DNA from: Octopus sinensis
Lineage: Eukaryota
Assembly: GCF_006345805.1 (NCBI RefSeq)
Contig: NC_043000.1
Location: forward strand, 72,602,001 to 72,666,000
Direction of reading: 5' to 3'
Length of the DNA stretch: 64,000 bases
Program-made: the position numbers and the translations under genes
Shown here: piece after piece, positions 1-13,410 of the stretch
Position numbering within the stretch: position 1 is the first letter of the stretch
Layout: the number at the start of each line of letters is the position of its first letter
Notes under the pieces: generated by a model
Told to the model about the DNA's origin: nothing
Databases searched by the model: none
The model's input: only the letters and a program-made list of their open reading frames with translations

Positions 1-1689
1 ATCACTAAGTAGATGCACAAAATTCTACACGAGTGGACGTGGTAATTTAGAATTTTTTTTTTTTAATTATTGATGCTCATTGCATTAAATTATTAACAAC
101 TTAACTACCATTTTTTATGCAGAAGGTATCTCTCAGTAATTAACCTCAATAAATTGATGTTGGGTTTTGTTTGTTTTAATATCGTAAAGCTTACAGTCTA
201 ATGCTTTGCTGCTTCAGCCAGCTTTACTATTTCAAATGTAAATTTTTGGAAAGTAAAATTTGAAATGATTGAGTAAAGCGGTTGAATTAACATAAGTGTA
301 TTACTTGTACTTAGTTTTCGAACCAAAACGATGAAAGAAACTTTTAAATAATATGCTTAAGAAAGAAAAGTTGGTACTTGCGGGCTCGTTAGCTACAAAA
401 TGAATTTTAATATAAGGAAAAAATGTATTTATGAATGAAAATTTTCCCGATAGAGTGAATTTTACTGTCAAAGGTTTATTAATTATATAAAATGCATAAT
501 TAGGAAAATAATGATTTCTTTTATTGCCTTTTTAACACTTCAATATAATTTTTAAACATTATTTATTATAATGGACTATGCAAGTTATATTGACTAACGT
601 AACGTGGAAATTCCACTTCGTAACTGTTTTTATCTCTACTTTGATGGATCATGACAATATTATTTCATTATGTTAAAGATCTAGATTGTTTTTCATGAGT
701 TTATTGAAAAGGTAACCAAACTCGAACGACATTACATGTACAATAATACTGTAGGTGTTTTAGTTATTACTACAAAAGCGGTGGACTGGTAAAATCATTA
801 GGGTCTCAAAAGAAAATACATTACCGTATTTTCTTTTCTTATGTTCTAGCCTCAAACTCCGCTGAGGTTAATTGACTCACCGTCTAACCCTAAAAATGTG
901 TTGGCTTTGTAACACATTCTGAAATATTTACTAGTAGTATTAGCATTGTTGTAAAATGCTTTGCATTGTTTTATCCATCACTTTATTGAAATCCCGCTGA
1001 GGTCAGCTTTGTCTTTCATCCTTTCGGATGCTGGATCGAGTTAATCGACTAAACCCCTTCCCTAAATTTCTGACTGTCTTTATTTCACAAATCATTATTG
1101 GTGTTAATTTGTCACTGCTTCGAACACTATATATGAAAATAATGTAAAGTTTAAACCGAAAATTATAAATTAAGGAGAAAAAATTGTTTAGATCTGACCA
1201 TTAGACTGATAAAAGTCGGAGGTTCAGTGGTTTTGGATAATTTTCGTAGAGTTAAAAAGAGCATCCACAAAATAGGCCACTTTCAAGTCAGCTGACTAAT
1301 CAGAGCTCCGCCAGTTCTATACTAACTATCCCTAGCAGAATATGGAATTCACTCCTGGCCAATCAGAAACCGTTAAGGCGTATTTCTTTACATTTCACAT
1401 AACCAGGTTCCAAGTGGATCATTCGTAGCTGCGTCGCAGAAGCCCGCGAAAAGTACCTTTGCGCATCACACCACCCGCAAGCTTTCACAACTCCCAAACA
1501 GAAAGATCTCTTTCAATTTTGCGGAATTGCTTTCGCCTGATTTTTCAAACATGATGGCCCTGCGAGTAGTACTTCTACGGACAACAACATCATATTTGTT
1601 GTAACTTTGCATTGAACTTCGCCCTGAATACACAAGATTAATCTTTCCACTTGTCCAGGTTCACCACAACGTATACAGCTGCTTTAAAC

Positions 1690-2620
1690 CAATATGGCCA
1701 CTGGCCCTAAAACATGTCTCATCCACTATCTTCGTACAATGTGTTTCAGAACTATTCTTACAAAACTTAAATATTTCTCTTCTCTACAGGAATATATTCT
1801 AAGCTTTAGAATCACGCAATAGTGTGTTCTATTCTCAAGAACGGTAGCACTTCTAACACTGCCACTTATCATCCTATCGCACGCGTTCCCCGTATCTCAA
1901 GGTGATGGAGACAACCATTAACTATAAACTTCTTCAACGCCTTGAATATTCTCTCTTATTAAATGTCTAACAGTTCGGCTTTAGCAAAGCCAGATTACTA
2001 GAAACCTACTCTCTTACGTTACTTACCAGTGAGATTTGGAGTATTTTACCTGGCACTCCAAATATTTGGAGAAAACAGTTGTTGCACACATTAGTAAAGC
2101 ATTTGTTCGCGTCTGGCACGTGAATCTCCAACTAAAATCGCCTTCTTGTCGGCTCCATCTATCTCTCGTGTATTGTACTGGTATCTTCCTGTCAGATTGT
2201 AGCCTTGTGACATGTGTTGATGGAGCTGTTTTTTTTTACTCATATTCTATGAACCTTTGAAAGACCAAAAGTTCTGTTATATCTCCCACACACTTCTTCC
2301 AATACGTCAGCGACCTATCATATCCAATAGCATCTACTCTTACGCAGATAATACCGCCTTCCGCTCTTTCTTAATTTTCCGCACCCAAGGGTCATGAACA
2401 GGCATCTTAGACACCTTGCGCCAAAGCTACACTGTCTTCAAGACTACTGGAAACTTACTCCAATGGGGAATATGCACAAAGATACAATAACAAAACATAT
2501 CAAGAAACATTGCACTCACCTCCTAAACATGAACAACTAGAATCTTTAATGTCATTCCATATGCTAGGCTTCACTATTAATGGGGAATCTCTCCTAGCAG
2601 TGACACATAGTTAAACTGTA
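1690..2620 (+). mobile_element. Degraded non-LTR retrotransposon RT fragment (CR1/L2/Jockey-like)
   Basis: ORF 2036-2260 contains VVAHISKAFVRVWHVNLQLK, resembling LDISKAFDRVWH..LL.KL. Upstream, degraded matches to the P..K.G.....YRPI and QFGF motifs; ADNT near 2345 resembles the YADD motif. Many stops and frameshifts. Confidence 0.55.
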
Positions 2621-3583
2621 TCAAAAAAGGCGGTCCTTCTTCAAGGCCTAAAGAACACTCCTGCACATCAGCTTTTAGAAGCTTTAAAGTAATGCCCGCA
2701 ATGGAGTACCACTCGCTCAGCGGAAGAGAGTGGTGTTGCTAAAAGCACTCACATATCCTAGACCACATGTAAAGAATGACCAGTCGTCTGATTAACATGA
2801 AATCGCTCGTCAACAAACACTAACCTCTGTTCAACCTTGTACTGTCTCCTTTGTCTTCTTTTAAAACCGTAGAGTTTATCTTCCAAACTGTATCTCTGTC
2901 ACCACCATTCAGGCATTCGCATTTTCTTTCATTAACCATATTGTGACCTCTCTAACTTAAACTCAGTATTAACCGCTATACATAATACTTCCCTTTCAGA
3001 ATAGTTGCCCTTGGTTTTCGCGCAACTGTTGACTTAGAACCGTTCAAAAGAGTATTAGCCACATCGTCTCACAAGTTTCAGAGGACCTGTGAAGGCCACA
3101 ACGACAGCTTCTTTCTCCAGACAATCCTCCCCCACCTAAAAAACAATTGTTATTTTCTCTGCTCTTGCCGAGAAGTACTTATTTCAAAGATCAATCAAGT
3201 AATAAAGCTCGTTAATAAATACAGAACATTCATAGTTTCAGTTGTATCTTGTACTAATACAGGTTATCTATACTTTGTAACAAAATCTTTATGCTTTTGT
3301 TCTTGGTCAGTATTATTTTCTAATTGCATATACCTAAGATGTATAGGAATGGCTTTTATTCACTTCAGATTTTGCTTTTCCAATCTCGGTAATAATATTT
3401 TGAAGTTTACTTACTTTTTCAAAACGTCCTAGATAAATTCGGTGCTGAGTATTTGGTAGAGAATTTACAAGAATTTACAAGAATTTTCAGAAACTTTCCA
3501 ATGTGCATGTACAGAGATCTTCAAGCCCACCTGTTCAGTTGAGTTCTAACTGTCAAATTGTCTGTCAATAATCATCAGTTAGG

Positions 3584-4340
3584 GTGCCAAGAGACTATAA
3601 ACATCTGGCAAATGCATTTTACTCTTTGTTTGTGGTTAAATTTTTAAGACAATGGAAAAGTACTCAATGGTGTCACTCGCTAAAATATGTGAAACCTATA
3701 AGGCTTATATTAGTACGAAAAACAGTATCTCGTTTCACTAACAAGCATTGCGAAACAACTCTAGCATGGAAGATGCTTACTTGTTTGCTTGAATAAGTGT
3801 CATTTTATATAACAGAAAAATTTAGACTCTTTAAATGTTTAAATTTGATTTTTGAATTCTAACGTTATAGAAAAAATATACCATACCTTAACATAAGTCA
3901 TGGTTAAAATACATCCATTTTTAAAAAATCCTTTTTACTCTATTCTTTTCTTCAGCAGGGAAGAATAACCATGAAGTTCGCTATGGCAATAATTCAACGG
4001 GAACCCACTAAACTACACAAGCAATTGTTACTTCTGATAACAGATCCTTCCAAAAGTCGAACTAAGAAGTATGTTTTTACTCTCAAGTGTCCGAACCTTC
4101 CATCACTTATCGCCTCGGTACTACATCACCCTGATGTCACCGCACTTTACTCTGCCGGAGAAAGCAGTAAGACGGAACAAGAAGATTGTGTTATGGAGAC
4201 AGGTTACAATTTCAGAGGTGCAGTTTTGGAAAGAAAGTCATATTTCCGCAATCAAAAGAAACTCAACGACTTTATCATAATTTTTGGTTTAACAAATGCC
4301 AATGCCGAGGTTTTGCTGAACGTGTACGCATGAGAGTGTG
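3584..4340 (+). mobile_element. Degraded DNA transposase N-terminus, Chapaev3 (CMC)-like
   Basis: ORF 3971-4333 (MKFAMAIIQREPT...CPNLPSLIASVLH...ETGYNFRGAVLERKSYFRNQKKLNDFI..GLTNANAE) and frameshifted KKYSMVSLAKICETYKAY near 3660-3715 resemble Chapaev3-type transposase motifs as I recall them. The family assignment is from memory, not a search. Confidence 0.6.
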
Positions 4341-5029
4341 GAGATGTAGTAATTTATCTGAGTGACATTCAAAATTATACTCTGTAACAGAACATTAAGT
4401 ATTATTTTTTTCATCATCTATTACTTGCCATTCTTACTCAAAATTGAAAGTTAGGCTACTAATGCGAGATCGATTAACAATTGTATTCAGCACTGGACTC
4501 TGTAACTTTTTCATACCCTATTACAAGGCAATATAGAACTGCTCAAAATATTCCCACACTTACTGGTTACTATTTTTATTTAAATGTGATTTTACTTGGT
4601 GAACTGATAAGGAAACAATACAGTAACATTGAGATTCTTTCCAATAAAGAAATATTATTTGTTAAATTTATTTTCCCGTGCAAAATTTGCCTTCTAGTGT
4701 TGTACAGTGTATGACATATATCTTTCTCATACAAAAAAGTGCTTAATATATATGATTTTCAGTGTTTGAAAATCTGATCTCCATATCCTTTGTATTTATA
4801 AGTTGGAAAATTTCAAGAGTCATCAACTTATGCAACGCCGATAGCTTTATAGCCAATAAAAAAGCGATTCATCTATGTAAAAGACAATTGTCTTCATAAA
4901 ATTAAAACCTATTATGAACCTATTATTATAAATGATTATTTATTTATGTAACTGGATAACCGTTTGTAATACTTGCAAGAAAAAGATTTAAATCTATGTA
5001 GTAATGATTCTATTAATAGATAAGCGTAA

Positions 5030-5219
5030 GGCGGCGAGCTGGCAGAAACGTTAGCACGTTAAGTATCATTTGCGTACTGGAGTCGATCTAATCGACTGGC
5101 TTCCTCCCCCAAAATTTCGGGCCTTGTGCCCAGAGTAGAAAAGAATCGTTAGCACGCCGGGCGAAATGCGTAGCCGTATTTCGTCTGCCGTTACGTTCTG
5201 AGTTCAAATTCCGCCGAGG
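5030..5219 (+). mobile_element. tRNA-derived SINE (family A), interrupted by a 3' fragment of the same family
   Basis: Head GGCGGCGAGCTGGCAGAAACGTTAGCACG and B-box GAGTTCAAATTCC match the reverse complement of the complete copy at 9641-9846. Confidence 0.8.
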
Positions 5220-6155
5220 AAAGCGATAACGAAACAATTGCATTCCCGTGACTGAAGAAAAAGATTTTTTTAAATAGTTTGAGAGTAGAGTTTGAAAATA
5301 ATTGGAAATTAAAAATAGACTTATCTGTATAACATGTGGTAAAAAAAGAGAAATAAGTACTTTAATAAGATAGCTCCCGATTAGACACAGTGCATCAATA
5401 GTTAGGTTTGACAGACAGGTTTAAAAACTCCCTCTTTTTTTGCATTTTCTAATGTTCCACAACGTTTTAACTACTTAAATTTATTTGTATTTATTTGTTT
5501 TAATTACATAGAAGTTTTCCATTTTTTCAAACCCCAAGATCGAAGAGCAGTTCTCATAGATTTTACAGGTATTCTTAGATAGGTGAGATTGAGGCAGATA
5601 ATGTTTAATTAAAGCATTTTGATTCTTGAATGTAAAACGTGAACAAAATCAAGTTCCAGATGAGATGGCGGAAGAAGTAGATGCATCAGATAAGTACACA
5701 CCTTGGTAGTTTGCGGTGCAATAACCATTTTAGTAACGGTTGTTACTCATTGACACGTTGCTCTCAACATTGTTTTGTTTACAGCCATTTTAAAGAAATT
5801 GATACATATAGAATTCAATTTTAACATCCACTACAGGAAAGTTACCAAGTACATCTTAAATCTAGGATGAGTCTACTTTTTAAACAAGTTGGTAAACTAA
5901 AAATACATATTCATTCACATAGATTGATGTTGTTCGACAATAGGTGGCAGTCACATAATGACTGCAATGATTACTGATAATTTCGTTTATTTTCTGGGAC
6001 ACAATGTTTTAAAAGCGTTGTTTGGTAGAAATGAGTCATTTACTAATTAATGGATTTTGATACTTTAAGAGCGTCATTGCTTAAAATTACATTAATGATA
6101 AACTGTTAAAAATAACTTTATCTCAGATGAAAGTAGTCAAAATCAAGTTGCTTAC

Positions 6156-6263
6156 CTTGAATAAATTCGAAAGGTAAAACCCACCAAGGGCTACTGAGTA
6201 ATGAAATATACAGAAACCGAATGATGTTGCCAAGTAGCCCAGCATAAAGAACTTTCACGTGAC
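6156..6263 (-). CDS. MFSD6: MFSD6-like transporter, second coding exon in the window (108 bp, phase 1 to phase 1)
   Basis: Translates (G)HVKVLYAGLLGNIIRFLYISLLSSPWWVLPFEFIQ(G), the segment that follows ...AYF.S.K.I...G in MFSD6 proteins. Acceptor TTTGCAG ends at 6264, donor GTAAG starts at 6155, and the phase matches the upstream exon. Confidence 0.88.
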
Positions 6264-6794
6264 CTGCAAATAAATTAATTTTATTATTTATTTTCAATTG
6301 AAAATTAGATAATGCTTTTAACATAGGCATCAAACAAAACCACATATTTTGCGAGAAGGGTATTGTCGAATGATTTCAACCTCACGATTTGAATGGTACT
6401 TCAAACCGTCATGATTAAATCAAAAAATCAGAAAAATGTTACTGAGATTTAAACTTTAATCAATTTTACCTAATCAGAAAACAGGATTTGGAAGCTGGCA
6501 CTTTTTGTATGCTAGCTGTCTATCACAAAGTGAAATCAAAATCATTACGAGGAGGAATTTTTATTAAATAAAAGAAAGCAAAGCAAAGCATGACGACAAC
6601 CAATGTTGTAAGAACTTTTGAAGTTTTAATAAGTTTTAATGAATAAAGTCGAACAAACGTAAATAATCCTCAACGAAGTTGTTTTGCGAAAAATTGCACA
6701 AATCTTTCCTGATCAAGAGGCCTATCTGTCGGGAAAGGCATGATCTGACATGGAATAAACAAAAATTTATATAAGACATTCTATTGAAAAAATT

Positions 6795-6822
6795 GCCCGG
6801 CAACGATGGGCTATTCAGCTAG
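6795..6822 (+). mobile_element. Isolated Helitron-type 3' terminus
   Basis: Hairpin GCCCG-GCAACGA-TGGGC followed by CTAG (6819-6822) and T. Same layout as the ends at 17310-17337 and 57457-57481. 5' end not located. Confidence 0.5.
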
Positions 6823-6969
6823 TAAATATATAAATGAGAATTAAAACTAACCAACATATATGAGAATCAAAACTAACCAACATTGAACTCTGTTCTGTTG
6901 TGTTAGGTAGATGAGACTGGAAATCAGTGTCATCCCGAATGAAACTTGCTATTTAGGTACCTAGTCGTT

Positions 6970-8200
6970 TCGGAATGATTTCAACAGAATTGCTCAGGTA
7001 ATGAGCAGGACATACCTGATCACCTATGATAGGTCTAAGTTACAGATCTTTTGGTTGTAATAATGTTACGTATTCACCACCTTGTTGCATTACTGCATTT
7101 GTGTTTTCTTTCACTTATGTATCTTTGGTAAGCCTTAAAAGTTACTGGGTTTTGGTTCAAAATTGGTAATGTAGTCACTTTCATTTATAGTGAGTTATAT
7201 TTTGAAACCAGATTACTGAGCTGCTTCATAATGTGGTGATCCATATTTGTAGGTGCTTCAAAATATATTGTATTTTCAACAGATCTGCAGCTAAATTTTG
7301 GTAATATTCGGCATCCACTATGATAATAGCACAACCTTTATCAACTTATTTGATAACTATTGTACCATCATTTTGAATTCGTTTTGGTAATATTTGATGT
7401 GGCACTACTAATTCAATTTGGTAATACTACTAAGTAATTTGTTGCAGTGGGAATTTGGAAAGGATGTCACTGTAATGATCCAGATGAGTATTTCTTCCTT
7501 TTGGTGGGGTGAATGTTGATTTGTTCCTTATCAGAGATTCTTCAACCTCATTATTTTTATCGATGAAAAACCCCCGATGGTAATTTTTGAGGTATCCTCC
7601 TTTGATTCTTAATAGTTGAATGTTGGTGTAGATTTTAGTTCTTTTGTCACAGGTTGAAGCTCATGGTTTCTAAATTCTTTTTTGAGAAATTAATAATTTT
7701 AGAATCTATCCGTTCAATAGTTTCAGAACTCTTTTCTCCTGATTTTTTCTACCTCTTTACAGTATTTCTTGTCCTGACTCTAAACACAAATTGTTCTTTG
7801 TTTAATATTTCCATTATTGTAAACTTTTGCTACATAAACTGTTTTGGTCGTAGTGTTTATCTTTATTTTACTGTGTTCTCTCTTATATTTCTGGTTTTCT
7901 AACACCCTATTTAACTACTTGGAAAAACAATTTCACTTCTGGATCTAGAGACTTTTCACCCAGTTCCATACAGGTGATCTTGAAAACGATCTCCTGGTTT
8001 TTATTTCTCGAGTATTTAAATTTATAATTTTGTCAGAGGAATATGTGTTTTTAGATATACGTTGGTTACATGTATTAGCGTTTTGTGTAAATGACGAATT
8101 CGTGTGATACTTTGTAACAGATTCACGGGAAGACGATTGTTTCTGTCGCCACTTGATTTGGTGCATGTTACATTGATTAAGGTGTTTCCTTATATTTCGT
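6970..8200 (-). mobile_element. Penelope-like element, degraded N-terminal/RT region
   Basis: Minus-strand translations include KIINLNTREI (ORF 7945-8166), DKGCAIIIVDAEYY (~7345-7305) and NF*GLPKIHK (~7150-7115), matching the PLE motifs ADKG.A.V..D and FYGLPKIHK. Confidence 0.7.
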
Positions 8201-9199
8201 TGTGATGGGGAGTTTTTACTGTAATTTACTGCAAATTCGTCGAGAAATCGTTGTTTTCATTGTTATAAAAGCCTGGATTTATTTTCTTTTGGAATATTTC
8301 AAATCTATATTATTCGCATTTTCTCAGCTGCACGATCAATCTGCATTTTCAATACTTCATTGAGAATTTTTTGACTATCGATAGCTTTGAAACGAAATTG
8401 TTTGCATTGGTCAATAGAAATAGCTGTTCTGAATTTTGTGACAGTGAACGCTCATCTAAGTTTTGTATCCTCTTCCGGTTCTCCGACAATTTCTTTAATT
8501 AGGTATTTATAAGAAAGTATGGGTACGGTTAATGTAATCCGAGTTGAATATATTTAGGAAATTTCTCTCAATCGTATGCCTTTTAGAAATTTTATTTTCG
8601 AATATTGAGACGTTTTCTCCATTTAGTACACATCTGGTTTTCTTTTTCGATATACCTCTGTTTCTAAATTACAAGTTAAATTTAAATTTTCTATTGTACC
8701 AATAAATTTTCTATTGTGGCTCTTTTTACACCGCTAATAGAATTTCAAGTAGATTCTGAATTTAGATACCCCCTAGTAAAACAAATGCTCATGTGTCCAT
8801 CATCCAAGTAACTTGGCTAGCAAATCATTAGTATTCCTTCCGATTCTGCTGATTTTGTTCGTTGTGTACCAAACATGATGACGTGTGCACAATAGAAATA
8901 TAAATCCGGTGTTTATAGTAAAACTTCAACAAGTAGAATAGCACTTGATCAGTAAGAGAGTAAAGATGATGTTATAATAAAAACCACAAGTCTTGTTACA
9001 TACAGCTGCACAGGGTTTCCTGATCGAAACATTAATGTATTTCACTGTTTTTTCAAGCTGAGATTAAGACCGTCTGTCAGTTGCCTTTTGAACAGAGAAC
9101 GTTTAAACAAGAGGTGCTGATAAGGAAGAAGACAAGAAGAAAAACACAAGGAAGATAACCAAATTTACAATTAATCAATGTGAAGCAGACGTAAACAAG

Positions 9200-9540
9200 A
9201 TGTTAATGGTGAACGATATGTCCAGTGACCTATATTTAAATTCCGGCAAGATGTATTTCTTAAAATATGGACATACAGTAAAAAATATCGTTCCTGGAAT
9301 TTATGTAGCCGTTGGAGGCTCTCAAGCTCTTTAAGGGATATAGTTTTTCAAGAAAACATACCGAACATACTTTGGACCCGTTAATATAGGGTCTGGTTTT
9401 GGAAAAGATTTTCCATTTGATGTCGAAATTGGTTCCTTCGTCTTCAAGTTTTCAGACTAAGCCGAAAAGATCGTTATTAAATCACTGTAAGAAAAGGTCT
9501 TCTTATATATGTTGTTTTCTTTCACATTTGCGGAAATAAT
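9200..9540 (-). mobile_element. Penelope-like element, GIY-YIG endonuclease C-terminal remnant
   Basis: Minus-strand translation KLEDEGTNFDIKWKIFSKTRPYINGSKVCSVCFLEK matches the PLE W.I......Y......C.LCL.EK motif. Confidence 0.7.
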
Positions 9541-9640
9541 TTTATGGTTATTGGCTGATGAAGTCATTCAGGATAGTGGAATTTATAATTCAATGCTTTA
9601 AGTCCACGCTTTAAAGTTATGCATTTCCGTAAAGATATAC

Positions 9641-9846
9641 TTTTCTACTCTAGGCCCGAAATTTTGGGGGAGGAGGCCAGTCGATTAGATTGACCCCAGT
9701 ACGCAACTGGTACTTAATTTATTGACCCCGAAAGGATGAAAGGCAAAGTCGACCTCGGTGGAATTTGAACTCAGAACGTAAAGACAGACGAAATACCACT
9801 AAGCATTTTACCCAGTATGCTAACGTTTCTGCCAGCTCGCCGCCTT
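9641..9846 (-). mobile_element. tRNA-derived SINE family A, complete copy
   Basis: Minus strand reads A-box/B-box head, central GTCGACTTTGCCTTTCATCCTTTCGGGGTC..TAAATTAAGTACCAG domain and ...AGTAGAAAAG tail. More than eight related copies in the window. Confidence 0.85.
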
Positions 9847-10589
9847 TCCGTAAAGATATAGTTAATGTGATGTGTACTTCTTACATTGTCAAAATATCTA
9901 ATTCTGCGTCTCAGGTTTTGATATTTTCCTGTAATATTGATATCTACCTACATCACTTATGTTGGATAACTTTCCTATCATGCTCTCTGGCGGTATCTTC
10001 TAAGTTTTATTTTATAGTGACAAAACCTGTATAAGACATGTTTCTGTTTTATATAACGAACAGACATACTTCCAAATCCTTTCTGATAACACTTGAATAA
10101 ATGGGCATGTATGTATGTATGCATGTATGTATGTACGTATGTATCATGTATGCATACACGTATGCATGCATGTATGTACGTACGTAGTATGTACGTATGT
10201 TTGTATATATGTATTATATGCTTAAATGTACGCAATCAACTGGTACGCATGTAACGTCAAAAGGCTCAGATCTTATTGATCTTCAATGGTTCTAATATTC
10301 ACTTAGAGTTTGCTACTAAGGTTCTTCAGTTTTATAGAACTGCAGCAATTTAAAGCTTTATACATCCATATCATGTAGCCCAGTGCATCTATAACAATAA
10401 ACATAAATGATCCAGGTTAAAATTTAAAACTATAGGTTTCGCAATAATTTTCGTAAATACAATAATTTCGTAAAATATACAAATTTTCGCCTTGAAGTTG
10501 GTCTCTGCCAAAATCCAAGCTTACATTTCTCTATCATAGAATAATATCATATCTGATTTTGGTGTTTTCATTGAAATGGGTCGGTTGCC

Positions 10590-10900
10590 TTGCTTTACCT
10601 ACTCCTTTCCTCATTACTGATGACCGGAGGCCATGGATACAAGCACCATTTCTCTCCAACGATTCTGAATGGAAGTCGTCCATTCAAAGTATTCCTGGTT
10701 TCATCCTTCATGCCAAAAATCCTCTTTCTGTTACCACTTCCCGAGAACTGACATTTTTTGTTTGGTAGTAAGTCTAGTTGGACAGCGTCGTTTGCGCTTA
10801 GAGTCCAACTTTCACAGTACAGCAGGCCAAACTAATGCTTCAGGAAATTTAATCTGTCTTTCCAGAATGTATTCATGTCTTTTTAAGTATAATCTTGCTA
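10590..10900 (-). mobile_element. Possible RTE-like LINE 3' end remnant
   Basis: Minus-strand translation has LVWPA..K...R..R.P and NRWREMV, loosely matching RTE C-termini. Weak. Confidence 0.3.
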
Positions 10901-11484
10901 CCCCAAATCGTGCTTTTATATTAAAAATTTCAAAATATTACATTTCAAAATATTGGACACATTCTATTTCTGTTGCCTTTCGGGTATGCTCATCAAAAAA
11001 TACTTCCTCCAAATAGTAACGAATTCAAGGGAAGGTAGATACTTGGGGTCGGTGATTTTTTGTGTTATAACTTTCATAGCAGAATCGATATATTATATAC
11101 TTGCATAATGATTTGAATCTCTCTCCGCTATCTTTAAGAGCGAAATTATATTCGTATTGATGGAATGTACTGTAGCTAAAACATTCCAACAATGGTTCCA
11201 TCTATCCTTAAATGTCCAATAAGTTCATCTATACCTTTATGATGTGAGAGCAAATCCTACTGAGGTCAGCTTTGCCTTTCATTCGTCCCAAGTAATATAA
11301 TGTTTACAGAAATATTTATTAAATCGACTCGTTCATTCCCAAATATTGATGGCTTTCTGCTTGTTAGAACTCAATATTACTCCCATATTCTAACTTTATA
11401 TACCTCCCTGTTCAGCTTCGTTGATGGTTATATACACTTGCCTGACCTTCATATGTATGAATGTAAGTGTATGAATGTAAGTGT

Positions 11485-11582
11485 ATGTATGTATGTATGT
11501 ATGTATGTATGGATGGATGGATGGATGGATGGATGGATGGATGGATGGATGGATGGATGGATGGATGGATGGATGGATGGGG
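11485..11582. repeat. Compound microsatellite (TATG)n-(GGAT)n
   Basis: Directly visible. Confidence 0.95.
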
Positions 11583-12899
11583 GATGTACATCTGATGTAT
11601 GTACATTGTTTTCTGTGCTTGAATAGAGCTTTAGGATATATGATTGGCTACATATACGGCAGCAATGTTGTAAAGTTATCAATAAGAATTTCCGTCTTTG
11701 TTTAATCTTTCATCCTTTCCGTCTTTATATAACCTTTCATCCTTCAAATTTTAAGTCTGGCGGATTTTTTAATAGCTTAATATTGTGGTCATCAGGAGTG
11801 TATGAATAATGAAGGTACGTTCTTTCTGGCAGACTCTAAGTTCACCTATATTTTAACCCGAGTTTGGCATCTGATTTTCAAAACATATTTTTCTTTCGTT
11901 GGTCCAAACAACAATATTAGATCAATGTTATTTTAATTTGTACGCTGTTTTATTTTTACTTCATCTTTATTTTTTGTTACTTGTTTCTTTCTCACTTTAT
12001 TCCAGATTGACCAGGTTTCTATATCATGTGTCATATGAGAGTAGTATCTAGACGACAGTCTAATACAGATGGAATAATGTGGTGAATGTCTTCGGTCTTG
12101 TTTTGCAAAGTCTACATTATTTGCCAACTGATGATTTCTACTTATTGTGCTGCCGGTACCTCATGGTAGATTTCTTGCTCGTGGAAGTCATCTTCAAGAT
12201 ATTATACAAACTTATCGGTTCTCCATACCAGGCTTTTTGTGTGGTTCATAAATTCGATGGTCAGAGTTTTTCCTTACTTGAAAGTACTGTGTACAATTTT
12301 GTTTTTATTCAAATTCACTGTTGATTAGGACCTTCCAATGTTCCTTGAAATGAAATATCCATCAGCTTTTATTTTCATGTCTCCTCTCTTGTTTATTAAC
12401 TATCAAAACGATGCTGTTAGTTTCGTGGTGGAAAACTTGAGCAGGATAGTTACTGACTTTTTTTCTTTGATTGAATCGTTGCTTCAGTGTTTCAATCCAG
12501 GTCTCATACAATTTTAACATGGCAGAGTTTCGCATGATGTTGAGGACAAGCGTAGAAAATATAATCTTTCTACATCCCTGTTGCCGATATACTGAGCAGT
12601 TTTCTAGATTTTATGTCATCTCATTAAATATAGGTAATATGAAAGGTACTGAGCAACATGCTTATTGTAGCTGGAAATTGATATAACCATACTTGCTTTA
12701 CCTCTTCAAATATTAATTTCCTGTGCTTTCTGTAGTTATTCCATCATGCCTAACATTCTCATCATATCCCAGATATTTCTAGAAATATCTGAGATATTCT
12801 CACTCAAATATAATGACTATGATGTCGAGCCGTTATTTTTTTTAAGTGGGGTAAACGGAGTAAGCGGTATGAAATGGAGATCCCTTCTAAAGAGAGAAC

Positions 12900-13410
12900 A
12901 GATTCAGAGAGAGATCAAAGTAGATAGAGAAAGAGGGTTGGCGAAGGAAGATGAGTGGAATGATGAAGGGGTGATACTGGTGATGGTGGTAGGCTGGGAG
13001 GAGATAGAGAAGGAGGAAGGAATACGTGGGATATTATCAGTGGTAGGAGTGGGGAGAGTGGGCAAGAGTGTAGGAGAGTAGGCAGTTGTGGATGGGTTGG
13101 AGCAAGAAGAAGGCGTATTTTTGTGAGATTAGATTCAATGGTGACATGCCTGAGGCGGTCGGAATTGGTATGGAGGATGGATTCGATGGAGGAGGCAGAG
13201 TAGGAGGTAGGGTGAAAGAGGAGACAAAACCCTTTGGAAGTGAGGTTAAAGTAAGGGCAGTGATTAAGGAAGGAAATATGGCCCCGGGGGTTTTATGCGT
13301 GTATGAAGATGTGCAGGAAAAGGTTGAAAGATAATTAGATATGAAATATAATGTTTGTTTTAGTCGGTGGTCTAGATAGAGAAGAAATGATTTAAGATCA
13401 TGCATGCTGA
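12900..13410 (-). mobile_element. Possible Penelope-like ORF N-terminal remnant
   Basis: ORF 13037-13405 contains SYTHKT...LTLTSLPKGFVSSF, similar to the SH..FL..C....L.PKGF start of many PLE ORFs. Otherwise low complexity. Confidence 0.3.

Noticed and set aside
1-6155. Search for the next MFSD6 exon (expected G.THAA.W-type segment)
   Set aside because: No convincing match by eye on the minus strand; it probably lies left of the window.
9030-9085. Hammerhead-like remnant on the minus strand (CTGACAGA...TGAAA) downstream of the PLE endonuclease
   Set aside because: The core is altered and helices II and III do not pair convincingly.
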